Notes under the pieces: model-generated
Seen by the model: the letters and a program-made list of their open reading frames with translations, nothing else
What the model was told of the DNA's origin: nothing
The model's database searches: none
Source of the DNA: Amphiscolops sp. MND2022
Lineage: Eukaryota
Assembly (NCBI GenBank): GCA_964187785.1
Contig: OZ076410.1
Span: 20,708,001-20,772,000 of the forward strand
Direction: 5' to 3'
Length of the DNA: 64,000 bases
Made by a program: the position numbers and the translations under genes
Shown: one piece after another, positions 21,050 through 33,200 of the stretch
Position numbering within the stretch: the stretch's first letter is position 1
Layout of the letters: each line of letters opens with the position of its first letter

Positions 21050-22575
21050 GGCTGGCTAGATGATGCTTCGGTGAAGTCCTGTTGGTAGTACTCATCGTTG
21101 GTTTGGTGTTGTTGTTCCCCTGGTGTGAACTCATTCATTTCATTGGTTGGGTAGGGGCTATTTTGTGCTCTTCTGAAGTCACGTCGGAAGTCCCTGTTTT
21201 CAGTTGTGGTTTGTCTGTTGTAGGGCACACTTCCGTAGGCAGAAGTTTGGGGTATTCTATACCTGCAGTCTTTTGCAGAGTGGCCTGTGTACCCGCAAAT
21301 TTGGCAGACCAGTTTGGCGTTGTATTTCGGTTGTGTTTCTGCGTGGTTGTTGTTCTGTTGTTCGGGCTTTTTCTGAGCTTGAGAGTTGCTGTTACCCGCT
21401 GCCTCGTCTCGCTGTCGTTTTCGACACTCTGCCCATTTGTGTCCGTATATCGCGCAGTATCTGCAATTGCCATCAAATTTCTTCTTGGTAGGTGGTCGTT
21501 CATTTTCGTTTCGTTTCTGGGTGACTGGCTTGTTCGGGACTTCTTGCGTCTGAATAGCCTGATTAAATGGTTGGAGCAGTTGTTGGTTTGGTAACAACTG
21601 TGCATACTGGCATCTCCTCTGAACGAACGTTTTAATGTCCTCGATGCTGGCGTTGTGTTTTCCAGCGATTGCCAATTCATTTTGAAGCTGAATTGGTAGT
21701 TTGGCGAACAGGAAGGTTTGAACGATTTCCTGTGCCTTGTCTCCGTATGCTTGTTTGGCAATCTTTTTGTAGTTTGCAAGGAAGGTACTAAATGACTCGG
21801 TTGTTGGGTCATACCGAAGCTGGTCAAATTTGAATTTCGAGACTTCTGAGAGTTCCTCTTTTGCATATTCCTTTTTGAATGCCGTCAGTATGTCTCTCAG
21901 TGTTGTTTCCGTTGTGATCGGGAGTGTCTGCCAAAACTCAATCGCATCATCCCTGAGGAGACTCTGGAAGTAGTTGAGCTTTTGTTCCTCGGTGAGCTTG
22001 TGGGCATGTGGTCGTAAGTGATTGAGCAATAGATGTTCAAATTCGTTGTATTTGTCTCGATTTCCTTTAAATAGGGGTACTTGGGTCTGCAGGATTTTTG
22101 GCTGGGTCAAGGTTTCCCCCATGGTGCTGCGGAGATGGTGGATTTCCGTCATCACATCGGTCAACTGCGGAATACTGGCGTCACTTCTTGGTGTTCCGCT
22201 GGGTGGTGTTGTCCGAGATCCTGATGGTCGTGAGTTCGAGACTCCTGTCACCATGTCGGAACGACTGTTGGTATTGGTAGTAACCGCATTAAGTCTGTTC
22301 CCTTCTCCATTAACGGAGGCTAACTGATTAGTTAAACTAAGTACAATGTCCGTAAGGTCTCCGATTTGTCTATTTATTTCGTTAAACCGATGATCTATGT
22401 CATAGTTATTGTTATTCTGACGCCTGGTTAATACGTCCTCAGAGTCAAGGTCTGCAATTTGGTCTCTCGATAAGACATCAGGGAAACTAGTTTCGCTTTC
22501 ACTATCGCTTGACCTGTTCATAGTTCCGTTTTCTGTCTGTCTATTTTGATTACTTTGAGATCTGGTAGTTACCAT
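21037..22575 (-). CDS. gag: Gag (512 aa, two CCHC zinc knuckles); ORF starts inside the 5' LTR
   Basis: Capsid-like core (VPLFKGNRDKYNEFEHLL), CRYCAIYGHKWAEC and CQICGYTGHSAKDC. The first ~107 codons lie within the LTR. Confidence 0.93.
   Translation of the reverse strand: MVTTRSQSNQNRQTENGTMNRSSDSESETSFPDVLSRDQIADLDSEDVLTRRQNNNNYDIDHRFNEINRQIGDLTDIVLSLTNQLASVNGEGNRLNAVTTNTNSRSDMVTGVSNSRPSGSRTTPPSGTPRSDASIPQLTDVMTEIHHLRSTMGETLTQPKILQTQVPLFKGNRDKYNEFEHLLLNHLRPHAHKLTEEQKLNYFQSLLRDDAIEFWQTLPITTETTLRDILTAFKKEYAKEELSEVSKFKFDQLRYDPTTESFSTFLANYKKIAKQAYGDKAQEIVQTFLFAKLPIQLQNELAIAGKHNASIEDIKTFVQRRCQYAQLLPNQQLLQPFNQAIQTQEVPNKPVTQKRNENERPPTKKKFDGNCRYCAIYGHKWAECRKRQRDEAAGNSNSQAQKKPEQQNNNHAETQPKYNAKLVCQICGYTGHSAKDCRYRIPQTSAYGSVPYNRQTTTENRDFRRDFRRAQNSPYPTNEMNEFTPGEQQHQTNDEYYQQDFTEASSSQPKNF
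21043..21049 (-). promoter_or_regulatory. Candidate -1 ribosomal frameshift slippery heptamer A AAA AAC
   Basis: The gag end reads CCA AAA AAC TTC TGA. A -1 shift enters the pol frame (...LLKPRHSTDHYNNKVRNTN...), which is open to the annotated pol ORF. Confidence 0.75.
22241..22253 (-). promoter_or_regulatory. Primer binding site TGGTGACAGGAGT
   Basis: Directly follows the CA end of the 5' LTR and begins TGG (complement of tRNA CCA). It resembles tRNA-Leu-type PBSs; tRNA identity not verified. Confidence 0.85.
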
Positions 22576-23453
22576 AAAGAGGTTGGAGACTTTAAGTTTG
22601 AATTGAAGTGTGTTAGGTTTAAGTAAGAATTGATGATTTCAAGGTACGGTAGTAAGCAACTTGTCTCGTCAGAAGTTACAATTCGTGTGTTTTCGGTATT
22701 GCCCGATTGAGTAATTATAAAAGTGTGTTAGCACCTTTCCTTTTAGCCAATGACGTTCAATCTACTAATTGTTGTTTAATTGCACTTGACGACTGCAACT
22801 ACCAGTCGTCGCGGGTGATAATAGGTGTTTAATTACTCTTGTTTGATGTAGTATGACCGCAAGCACCAGTCATTTCCGTGTTCGATTAACTCAATTACCT
22901 CTTAAACTGAGGCTTTACTACCGTGTATCCTTATCATCATAGTGACTGCTTTAAATATCGTTTTGAAGTAATTTACTAATGGATACTGCACTAATTACTG
23001 ATATAAATAGACGAAATGTTGTGAAATGATTGAGTATTCTAGTAATACTTTACATGTAATATAAAAAGTGTAAAAAACAATGGTTAAATGATGCACTATC
23101 ACGATAGCTGATGACTGATTGTTTCAGTCGTACATGTATAAATCATCTGCAATGACTGGATATTCCAGTCCTGGTTTTTAAACGATGCACAATAACATGG
23201 ATGGATGTTTAAACGATGCACAATAACATGAATGGATGTTTAAACGATGCACAATAACATGAATGGATGTTTAAACGATGCACAATAACATGAATGGATG
23301 ATTGTTGGTTTCAGTCGTTATGTGTTCAACTGTATTGTTCGGCAATTAAACTACTGTAATGTATTTACATGATGATTTGTATTTTAGGGAGTTTGATGTA
23401 TGAATTGGTATTTTAGGGTTCATTTATTTCCTTCATGCTTGGCAGGCATGACA
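22254..23453 (-). repeat. 5' LTR (1,200 bp) of the giant Gypsy element
   Basis: TG...CA ends, followed by the PBS, and matches 8108-9307. Confidence 0.97.
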
Positions 23454-24701
23454 GTTTCGTCAAGTTCCTAATTTTAGGTCCTGTCGCTTTCCCCCAATAT
23501 GCTTTTTACCCAATCTCTGAAGGCACATTTCTAACATTGTTTTTGAATTGAATATTTTTGCTGAATTTTTTTTCATCTCAGAAAAGGCCATAGATAAGTT
23601 TTTAATTAAGCCAGGTGTTTCATTGCCTTTCTAGAAGTCGTTTTCGGGCGTTTTTGCGATTGCTTTTCCCCTCAAAACCATGCATGGCCATGCATGGTCC
23701 ATGCATGGTCCATGCAATTCCATGCTTAAAAGTGACATGGCCATGCATGGTCCATGCATGGACCATTGCATGGGATTAGCATGGACCATGCATGGGATCG
23801 CATGGGACCTCAGTACGGGTGTGACGTCGTCTCAGACAGCGTATTTAATTGACTGATATCTGTCTGTGAGCTGTTTGTTTGTTTTCTCGCCAATTAATCA
23901 CTAGCGATTTTTGCGTTGACTAATATCTACATAAAAATGTATTAAATTGGCATTCTAGTCGTCACAGGCAGCGTTTTTATTGACTGTTTTCTGCCTGTGC
24001 CCTGTTTCATTGTTTGTTTTCCACTAGAGACTATTATGAGATGTACTAGAGAGATGTATAAAATCGGGACTTTTATTTTCATGATAATATCAAACTATTT
24101 TATACAAAACTATGTATGAATTGTGTAATTCAAACTGTCTTGGTTTTTGGTTTACTGATTAGTTTTCTTCGTTTTACTCTTCGCCGTTGTTCCGCTTCCG
24201 CTTACATACTCCCATTTTGTCCCCAGAATTTTCACAACGCTGTGGGGGCTGTGACATCGAGTATTTCACTTCATCGCAAAAAAAAACGTTTTTCCCAATG
24301 TTTTGAGAACACGCAGTGTCATCACGAACTCCCCATGGTACGAAACTGTCCCATCTCAAAGCTTTCATCAGTTTTTTTCTGAGCAAACAAAAAAATGAAA
24401 AGCTCGAACGCCCAACAGAGGTGAAGTATTTTGCAGAATTGCAGAACGGCACTTTTTACTGAAGCAAGTCATTTCAGAAGATTTAAATTTTCACAAAACA
24501 AAACGAGAGGGAATGACAGTAAATTTCAAATGCTGAGATATACCTTCAGCTCTGTTTATGTACAGGTTATAGCCTGTTGTTGAGTTATGTGGCAAAGAAG
24601 AAAGTCGAAAACGATTCAATTGATTTTCACTTGACAATACGGTGAAAAGAACTCGATGCTTTTCGAAGCTTAAGGTTATGGGTTCACCAACCTGTTAATA
24701 A

Positions 24702-25146
24702 CGGTTACATGTCAAAATCTCCTAAGTCAAAATCTCCTAAGTTAAAATCTCCTAGGTTAAAATCTCCCAAGTTAAAATCTCCTAGACCTAAATCTCCTAG
24801 ATCAAAATCTCCTAAAATTAGAATAAAAGAAACTCATCGAAAAACAGTTCGCCAACCTAATTGAAGCGGAAAGCTGTTCGCTTAGGAACAAAGGCTCAAC
24901 ACAAACCTCAATTTTCAACCATTTTCAAACGTAATTGCAAACCTTCACTCATTAGTCAATTATGTAATAATCTTTCAATGACTGTCTCAGCTTTTAATGC
25001 TTAATCAAAGTTACTTTCACACTATGAAATTCAATTTAGGAGATTATGACCTAGGAGATTTAGGTCTAGGAGATTTTAGCCTAGGAGATTTAGGTCTAGG
25101 AGATTTTAACTTAGATTTTAACTTAGGAGATTTTGACCTGATACCG
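24702..25146. mobile_element. Foldback-type non-autonomous element with ~15-bp tandem subrepeats in long inverted arms
   Basis: The left arm has seven AAATCTCCTA(A/G)-type units and the right arm has inverted TAGGAGATTT units. Ends are CGGT...ACCG, with TTAATAA directly flanking both ends (24695-24701, 25147-25153). Confidence 0.75.
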
Positions 25147-25658
25147 TTAATAACGCTTCGCAGGTGCTAAATTAAAATTTGTTGAGAACTTTCATTCTGC
25201 CACGCTACCTTCGACATCTAAGAGCTTTTAGAAGACTTAGAAACCTATGAAACTGAAATATCATCTGAATGTTAAACTAATGCTTGTTTTGAAACTGACG
25301 GTACATTTTCCAATCTTGTACACACCCTTTTACCACGCTAGAATCAGTACTTTCTATTTTCCGATGAAAGGCTTTGAAATTTCTCACACCAAACGCCCCG
25401 CCCATGTTGATGAGTGGGCTGGCTGTCGGATCCACTGACATTTGAGTTCATGATTCAAACTATCGAGAGAACAGATTGAGACAATATACTATAGAGACAA
25501 CTTAGGATATTATTCATCACGATTACTGAAGCTTTGAATAACAATATGAGGCCTTTCGCAAAAAAAAACTGTAGTCAGAGTTTCATTTTTCGAAATAAAC
25601 ATTTGGTAGCGTTCTGTCAATAAAAATTGTATTAACTTTGTATCAGTAGCAACTGTAA

Positions 25659-25911
25659 TTAATCTTGTGCTTCAAGCATGCGCATGATTCTAATTTGTCT
25701 TTTGATCCAATTTCTCACAACCCAAATTGATGTGAAGACAGTGTGATGACCACTGTGCAGAGAACTGTTTTTTGCATTGACGCTGGCAACGCCCATTAGG
25801 CATTTGACCTCTCCATCTTCTTTGTGTACTAATGGATCTCCCGGTTGACCTTTCCATGGCCGCCAATCGTCTGTGATAGTGAAAACAAGTTGACCCTCAT
25901 CATCTCTGTCA
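25659..25911 (-). CDS. Terminal exon of a trypsin-fold serine protease homolog (catalytic Ser replaced: GQPGDPL)
   Basis: WKGQPGDPLV...CLMGVAS...VFTSIWVVRNWIK matches the GDSGGPL...GVxS...VYTxV..WI pattern. A T-rich tract and GGCAG acceptor precede it, and it ends in a stop. Confidence 0.72.
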
Positions 25912-26449
25912 CTGCCAATCAGGGATGTAAAAAAAAACAGTTGAATGATACGTTTGAAAAAATATCTATTCCAACAAAAAATATAGTTGTTATAATGTGC
26001 AAGACATATTGGAAAGTTCGAAGAATGTACTCTAATCGTAAGCAAAATATCTTTAAAGTGAGAGAACTATACTTCTAAGAACACACTAATTTGGGCAGGT
26101 AACTAATTGAGAGTGCCTATATGACAACTGCCACAATATTGGGTAAATAGTCCTATGCTGTACGACGGAACAATATCTTGTTTCATTTATCGTCTTCAAA
26201 ATATGTATAATCGAATGCTCACTCCCCAGACCACTTAGAGTAATTCTAGTTCGTCTTCTTTTCCGTGTCAGATAAAAATCCACTGATACATCCGATCAGT
26301 TTCAAATTTCCGCCTTCTTGTTTTCGCCATATAGTGTCTCTCCGGCTTTTTGTAATTGCGTTCGCTGTTAGGATAATTTCACTGTTTGAAATACAGTGTA
26401 CCAAGCAGGGTTTTGTGTACTTTGTGTCTTTAGGTTAATGAAAGCGTTG

Positions 26450-27209
26450 GTGTATTCTTCAGCGCACATACATTTGTTTTCTTTCTTCAACAGTTTTCTA
26501 AGGACGTCTCCTTTCGCGGAGGTGTTCAATGTGTTTTGATAGGTGTGGTAATGCCACTAAGGAAAGATTTCCATTTCTTTTCAACCATTGGGGGTGATTA
26601 CTTCTGTAAATGCAGCCAATTTGTTCTGCAGTACTCTAATCCCATTTTGATCGAATTGTCTTCCGCGCACTTGACATCTTTTCTGCAAAACACACTTCTT
26701 TGGGCTTTGTCGGTACTCAGCTTCTTTCAGTTTTGTCATTGTTTCTCTCACTTCGTGCTTTTATTCGCTGCCTTTCGACAAAACTATTATGTCATCTGGC
26801 CAAGTCGATTGTTTAATTTGTAGGCTTTTGTTTATCCATTCCTGGAAAACTGTATGTGTATGTATGTTTCCCAGTCGGTAAAAACTTAATGACAAACGAT
26901 GTTATCCAGTGACTTTTCCCTCAGTAACCACGATTACACATGGTTCTTGTTCGTTTGTACAGTTTCAATTGTCCGTATTTCAGAATCAAAATCACAATTT
27001 GTTGAATTTTCGCATTTTTTCTTCGTAGTATTTTTGTGAACAGTTTAATACGATATTCTCCACGTTTCTCAATTGTGTTTTTCGTTTGATTTGACAATTT
27101 CCCAAGCCTAGTGCTTATTTGATTGATTTTTGGCTGGTGTCCTGGTATCAAACCGCAATTCTTTTCCAGCTGTAATATCTTGTTTCAAACATCTTCAGTT
27201 TGATTCGAC
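26450..27209 (-). pseudogene. Highly degenerate Gypsy pol relic (RT region), interrupted by the BEL element
   Basis: Minus-strand fragments PGHQPKINQ... and DDIIVLSKGSE*KHEVRETMTKLKEAEYRQSPKKC...DQNGIRVLQNKLAAF...LSKHIEH. These parallel the RT of the 45134-48290 element. Confidence 0.6.
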
Positions 27210-30200
27210 TGTTGGAGCCAAACACTGAAAAATCACTAAACTTGAAAAATTTTCACCTTCTTAGTTATTCATAAAATTGGTCATTACTGCTATTATTGAG
27301 CCCTAAGAGACCCCTATCAGTGCTGCTAATAAAATCCATGGGTATGTGTTGAAGACTTGTAATTCTACCTGTTAAATTACCCATGTGGCCCTTAGACCTA
27401 TGTAAGCCTTGAAACAGTAATTCTCAAGGTCACGTAGAGATCAGCGATCTAGTTTTGCAGTGTCCCCGAATCATTTTGGCTGGACTATCAACCCACCAAG
27501 TTTCAGCCAAATCCCAGACAAAAAATTATTTTTTCTGGCCCTACGGCGCCGCTCCTCAGCTTAAACTCTAACACACAGATAATTGTAACTTTTTGGTGAT
27601 TTTTGAGATACCTATAATCGATGTTATTACTAAAGTGCTTTATACATGCTGTATATCTCCTAACGTGTGTTTTGGAATGTTTTGATTCACAACACAATAT
27701 TTGTAGTGTTGCGAAATAATCGTTATTTCGCCACAAAATTAGCATAATTCTCATATTTTAACAATATTTTCTATATCAAGTGCTGTTTTTTCATCCTCCT
27801 TCTTACTTTATTGATAAATTCAGTTCAGTACTCTGTAAAGGTTATTCATGGTTCATTCACCTGATAGTTTCACTTTGGTTTTTATCTGAGCTTGGCAAAA
27901 ATGTAAAGATTTCATGTGTTTTGTAGTCAAATTTGATGTATTACATCGCCTGATTTGACTTCCGGTGTCTTATAAATGTCAAGATCGACTCAACCCACAT
28001 ATTGCGTGTGCTTCAGTTTAAGTTTTCCCAAATTTGGTGCCATATACCCCTCTGAAGCATCTTAATAATATTTTTGATAAATACTAAATGATTTATATCT
28101 TGAAACTATGTTCAATTTTGATGATTTTCCATTCATCTGTTGAAAAGTTCAATAATCATAAATTGAACCTCACAGTCCTCAAACATAGTTCCCTCATGTG
28201 ACTGGTGGTCATAAACGCCCTAATCCCACCTTTTATTCACGCTTTATAACTTTAGAAATGCGAATGATGTTATTGTTTGTTATGCAAACAATGTGTTCTA
28301 ATAGTTAGTGAGACGAATTCTGAATTACGCTAGTGAACAGTTGTTAATAACTTGAGATTTAAATCGTTCAATTCTTCACAGTCGAGCGCCGAAGACAGAA
28401 TCTAGTCATAGCTGGGACTATTTTCACCTAGATTGTCTTGTTCGAAGAGGATTTGGAGATTGAAATTCTCAAAGTTAGGAATAGCTAGCTAGTGGAGCTA
28501 TTTCAGACCAATTGGAATATACAGTCCTTTCAAATTCTAGAATCCTGCTTTACTAGTGGAAAGCAGGACGGACCAAGGACCGGCACAAGCTTGAATCCGT
28601 TGTTAAGATTTAAGTCAGCCGTTACATTTGGTCCGCCGACCCGGACACTGTCTGGAAGTTGAAGACGAGTTACAACTTTGAACCGATATTGTGGTAGTTT
28701 GGACGTTTGCGTCTGCCACATATCTTCATCATCGTGGTATTTTGGACGTTTGCGTCTGCAACATATCTTCCACACTCATTGGACTTCGTGTTACGAGGAC
28801 GTCAGGACGATGAGTACTCAGACTCAGATCGACTTTGATGTTTCATGGTACACGGATACCAAGCGCTCCAAAGACCTACGAAAATCGACGGATCTTGTCA
28901 AATGGAGAAATCATGCAGAAGCTTTACAAAAAACAATTTTGGATTTGAATGTCGTTGTGAAACAATTCGAAAAGGGAACAAAATGGCTGAAAGAAGGAAA
29001 ACTCAGTGAATTGGGAAAATTGTACCATGAGTATCACGATCTGAGGGCTAGATTGACGGATTTGCACCAAGTTGGCAACGAGATGCTGACGTCCAAAGCC
29101 GTAGATGAACAACGACGTTTGCAGTCAGCCGTGTATGTGCTACTAGACGATGCCTCGAAAAAATGGACCACAACGAACACTGGGTTGTCTTGGCTTGGCC
29201 CAGTTTATACGCACCTAAAGCAGAAGTCTTCTTGCGTAACCTATTGTAAACATGAAGAAAAATTTAATCAACTCATCGTTGAACTGAAGAAGACAACTTC
29301 GCAAATAGAAGACCAAATTGAAAGTGGAGATCGGTCTGCAAAAATACGGACGTCAACACTTGGGTTTCTCAACACCATGGATGAAGCCAAGGATGTTTGT
29401 CGATACCAAAAGAGCCTTTTAAATGAGTCGGGAGCAATACAGCGTCAAAACCTATACGAGGGAAATGAAGTCAGTTGGCTGTCAGCATCCCAGAAATGGC
29501 TCAACTATTTGGATGCTATAGAAAAGGGAAGTGCCCTGTCAGACAATGTTCAAGACCCCGTCGAAACTACTGAAACATCACTAATGATGACAAATAATGA
29601 GACAAGTGAGACTGAAGATGGGAAGCAAGTAGAGAACCAAAACAACGTGGAAGGTAATGTTGCTTCTGCTAGCACTCAGGAAGAGGTGAAAGCGCCTCAA
29701 ATACCTCCAGAAGGAATTTCGAACGCTACTGGCGTAAGGGTGGTCTCACCTCAGAAACACCCTTTTAGAGGAGAAGTCCCCGCGGATGTTCTTGGGGCCT
29801 TAAATGTCACCCAAGGATAAACCGCATCGTCACGGTCTTCTAGACGACGTTTGCAGTTGGAAGCTGAAATCGCCGAAGATGAATCTCGAGCTAAGATTGA
29901 AAAAAAGGAGCAAGAGTTGGAACTGCGACGCAAGCAGAGAAAAATGGAAATGGAACTTGAGGCCCAAAAAGAGGCTATGGAGCTTGCAGAGCTGAAACGA
30001 GAAGAGAAATTGTCCTTGAAGCTGAAGAAAATAGAAATTATGGATCAAGCATCTTTAAGGGGTAGCGGGTCTACCATCAGTGGATGGTTTCGCTCTCAGA
30101 ATGTCAAAACGAGTACATGGGTCAATTCTCCAAAGAATAAATTTGGCCCTCAGGCGGAGACCAAAGTCGAGGATGAACCTCAGGCGGCCTGCAACAGTGA

Positions 30201-33200
30201 AACGCCATGCTCATCGAGGCAGGCTGATGCTAAACTGGAACAGTCATTGAAGCAAAATGCACCCTCTACGACTACCACTGTCAAGCCAAAGAGGGAGCTG
30301 AAGTTCGATTCAACTCTGTTTGTGCCTAGTAATATATCTGTTGGTGTCGCCAAAGCCGCAGCGACAAACCATGTGCTTGGATCAACGATGCAGCCAACCC
30401 CAACGCCGACCGCTCTGCCGTCGGTGTCAGTGCCGATGAAGTTGCCAAAAATGGTTCTGGACAAGTTCTCTGGAGACCCATTGGAATGGCCAGAATGGTC
30501 CGGTCAGTTCTTGGCCACTGTTGATCAAGCTGGAGTGGCCGACAGTGTAAAGATGAACTATCTCAAAACATTGGTAGCTGGGAAAGCTAAAGCAGCTATT
30601 GAAGGCATGGGCTACTCTGGACAAATGTACCATGTTGCTTGGCAGACTCTGGCACATGATTTTGGGCGACCTGAGTTGGTTGTGAATGCGCAACTGAGAA
30701 AGATTCATGCTTACCCATTCATCAAACCGCATGATTCTTTAGAAATTGTGAAGTATTCTCAAGTGGTGTCTGGATGTGTCAATGTGCTCACCCAATTTGG
30801 ATATGAAAGCGACATTTCCTCGGAATCAGTGCTAAACAGCGCCGTCAGAAAGTTGCCAAATGAGCTCAAAAACAAGTGGATGACGTACTTGCAACGGTGC
30901 GACAGGAGCTACAAGAATATGCGAGTCTTCAGTGCATGGCTCAAGAACATTGCGCAAGTACAAGAGAACATACGCTTGCAATTTGGCTCTAAAGCTGACA
31001 AAGCGAAGTCAAACTCCACAAAAGACAAGATGAAGAACACGAGCTTTGCAGCAACAAGTGATTCTGGCTCACCAACGAAGACGCAGTGCCCTCTGAAAGA
31101 CGGAGAACACAAAATCTGGCAGTGTGATGCCTTCAAGAAGATGAAGTTGTCCGAAAGACACGATGCCGTCAAGAAATGCAATTTGTGCTTTTCTTGTCTG
31201 GGCTCTGGTCACAGGATTGGTCAGTGTAAAGCCAATCGAACGTGTGGCAAAGATGGATGTAGCAAGCGGCATAACAGACTCTTGCACGGCGACGACAACA
31301 AACCCAAGTCTCAAAAGGAAAACAGTAGGAGCAATGAGACAACCAATGCCGATGCAGTGATGACAGCAAACGCGTGTACTGGGAGTTTGCAAATTGTTCC
31401 AATCACGCTCTCGCATGGGAACGCATCAATTGAAACGATGGTCATTTGTGACACTGGGTCGACGCTCTCATTTGTAGACAAGGACATCAGAGACCAGTTG
31501 GATCGCCAAGGAGAGGCCCTGACACTGAACATTGCTGGCATTAACGGAACAAAAGAGATGGCCAGCGAGAAAGTGAGAATCAAGGTCACAACTCCGAATG
31601 TGTCGGAGTTGGTGATGTTCCACGTTCACCCCTCAATGAACCTTGGGAACAAGTGTTATGACTATAACAACTTGAAAAGAAAGTACAGCCACTTAGATGA
31701 TTTGCCCGATAACAGTATGGATCTGAATAAAGTAAAGTGGTCCTGGGGCAAGACAATTATCATTTGCTTTTCCCTGTTGAGTATAGGAAAGGCAAACGGA
31801 ATGAACCCTGGGCTGTCAAAACAGAACTTGGATGGACGTTAAGTGGCCCACTACCAAAACATGAAGTGGCGCAGGTAGCAGCGACGAGCTATGTTGCATG
31901 TGAAGACGAGCTGGGAAAGCAATTGATGTCCTGGTTCAGCATGGAGTCATACGCTACACAAGTGAATGTCAGTGGACGTTCAAGAGAAGACAAAAGGGCT
32001 CTTGAGCAACTAGAGAAGACAACAAGACTTGTTGATGGTCGCTACGAAGTTGGGCTACCGTGGGCAGAAGACAAGGCGACTATTGAAAACAACTACTTCT
32101 TGGCACATTCGCAGTTCTGTTCATTGGAAAGAAGACTCGAGAAAGACGAGCCTCTCAAGCAACGTTATGAAGAGACTATTAATGTGGACTTGCAGAATGG
32201 CTATGTTCGTAAGCTAGACGAAAAGGAGCTGGATGAAACCAAAGACGAAAGACAGTGGTATGTGCCGCATCATCCAGTTATAAACCCCCACAAACCCGAA
32301 AAGGTCAGACGCGTATGCAACGCAGCAGCTAAATACAAAGGAGAGTCGCTGAATGACAAGCTCCTGGCAGGTCCTGACTTGCTACAAAGTCTAGGTTGAA
32401 TCATTTTCAGATTCAGAGAACATCAAATTGCCTTGACAGCGGACATTGAAGCAATGTTTCTGCAAGTGAAAGTGCCACCACAAGAGTGCCGAGTGCTACG
32501 ATTCTTGTGCAGAAGCAACCCTGAAGACAAGATCGGCGTCTACGAGTATACAAGGCACGTCTTTGGTGCCAAAAGTAGTCCGACGTGTGCTAATTATGCT
32601 CTTCTCCAAGCGGGTGTCGACAACAGAGAGAGTCACCCGATAGCCGCAAAGGCCATCAAAAGAAACTTCTATATGGATGACTTTGCCAAATCTGTGGCCA
32701 CAGTGGAAGAAGCTCTGCATGTCTATCAAGATGTGAGGACAACTCTTCGAAAGGGAGGGTTTAATTTGCTGAAGTGGATTTGCAACAACGATGTGATCAC
32801 GAGAAGTATTCCTGAGCAGGATAGATCGGAGGCAAAAAGCAAAACATTTGAAGCAGAGCCTCACACTTCATCGCTTCTGTGCATGCAATGGAATGTGGAC
32901 AATGACACTCTGGAAGTGTGTCGTGGTGCTGACAAGGAAGTACCCAACAAGATAACACACCGGGCAGTGCTTTCCTTCGTGGCATCAGTGTTTGACCCGT
33001 TGGGACTCTTTGCACCATTCACAATGAGAATGCGCATCCTACTGAAAACGATTTGGGCCAAGAGTGGACAACAGTGGGATGACAAAAGTGAGGAAGAAGA
33101 CGCACAGCAGTTCCTGGATTGGGTGAAAGAACTAGCGGAGTTGAAAAACATGCCCTTGGAAAGACGATATTTTGACAAACGTTACAAGAAAATGGATTTG

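Larger units (their letters stand above)
8108..23453 (-). mobile_element. Complete 15,346-bp Ty3/Gypsy LTR retrotransposon with ~6.9-kb extra internal region
   Basis: Two 1,200-bp direct repeats, TGTCATG...TCCGACA on the minus strand. 5-bp TSD GTTTC at 8103-8107 and 23454-23458. PBS, PPT, intact gag and a pol with PR-RT-RH-IN order are all present. Confidence 0.97.
7560..23819. mobile_element. CACTA/EnSpm-like MITE (~0.9 kb net) split by the 15.3-kb Gypsy insertion
   Basis: Perfect 30-bp TIR CCCGTACTGAGGTCCCATGCGATCCCATGC at 7560-7589 and, inverted, at 23790-23819. A 2-bp TG duplication flanks it (7558-7559, 23820-23821). Arrays of ~10-bp CATGCATGG(A/T/C)C subterminal repeats occur at both ends. 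Confidence 0.85.

Noticed and set aside
16438-22327. Plus-strand ORFs over gag/pol (e.g. 19653-20282, 21082-21594)
   Set aside because: Opposite-strand shadows of long coding frames, with no start context or domain evidence.
24116-24382. 88-aa Cys-containing ORF with a hydrophobic start
   Set aside because: It could be a decayed secreted-protein exon, but coding-like stretches are spread over different frames and match no family I recognise.
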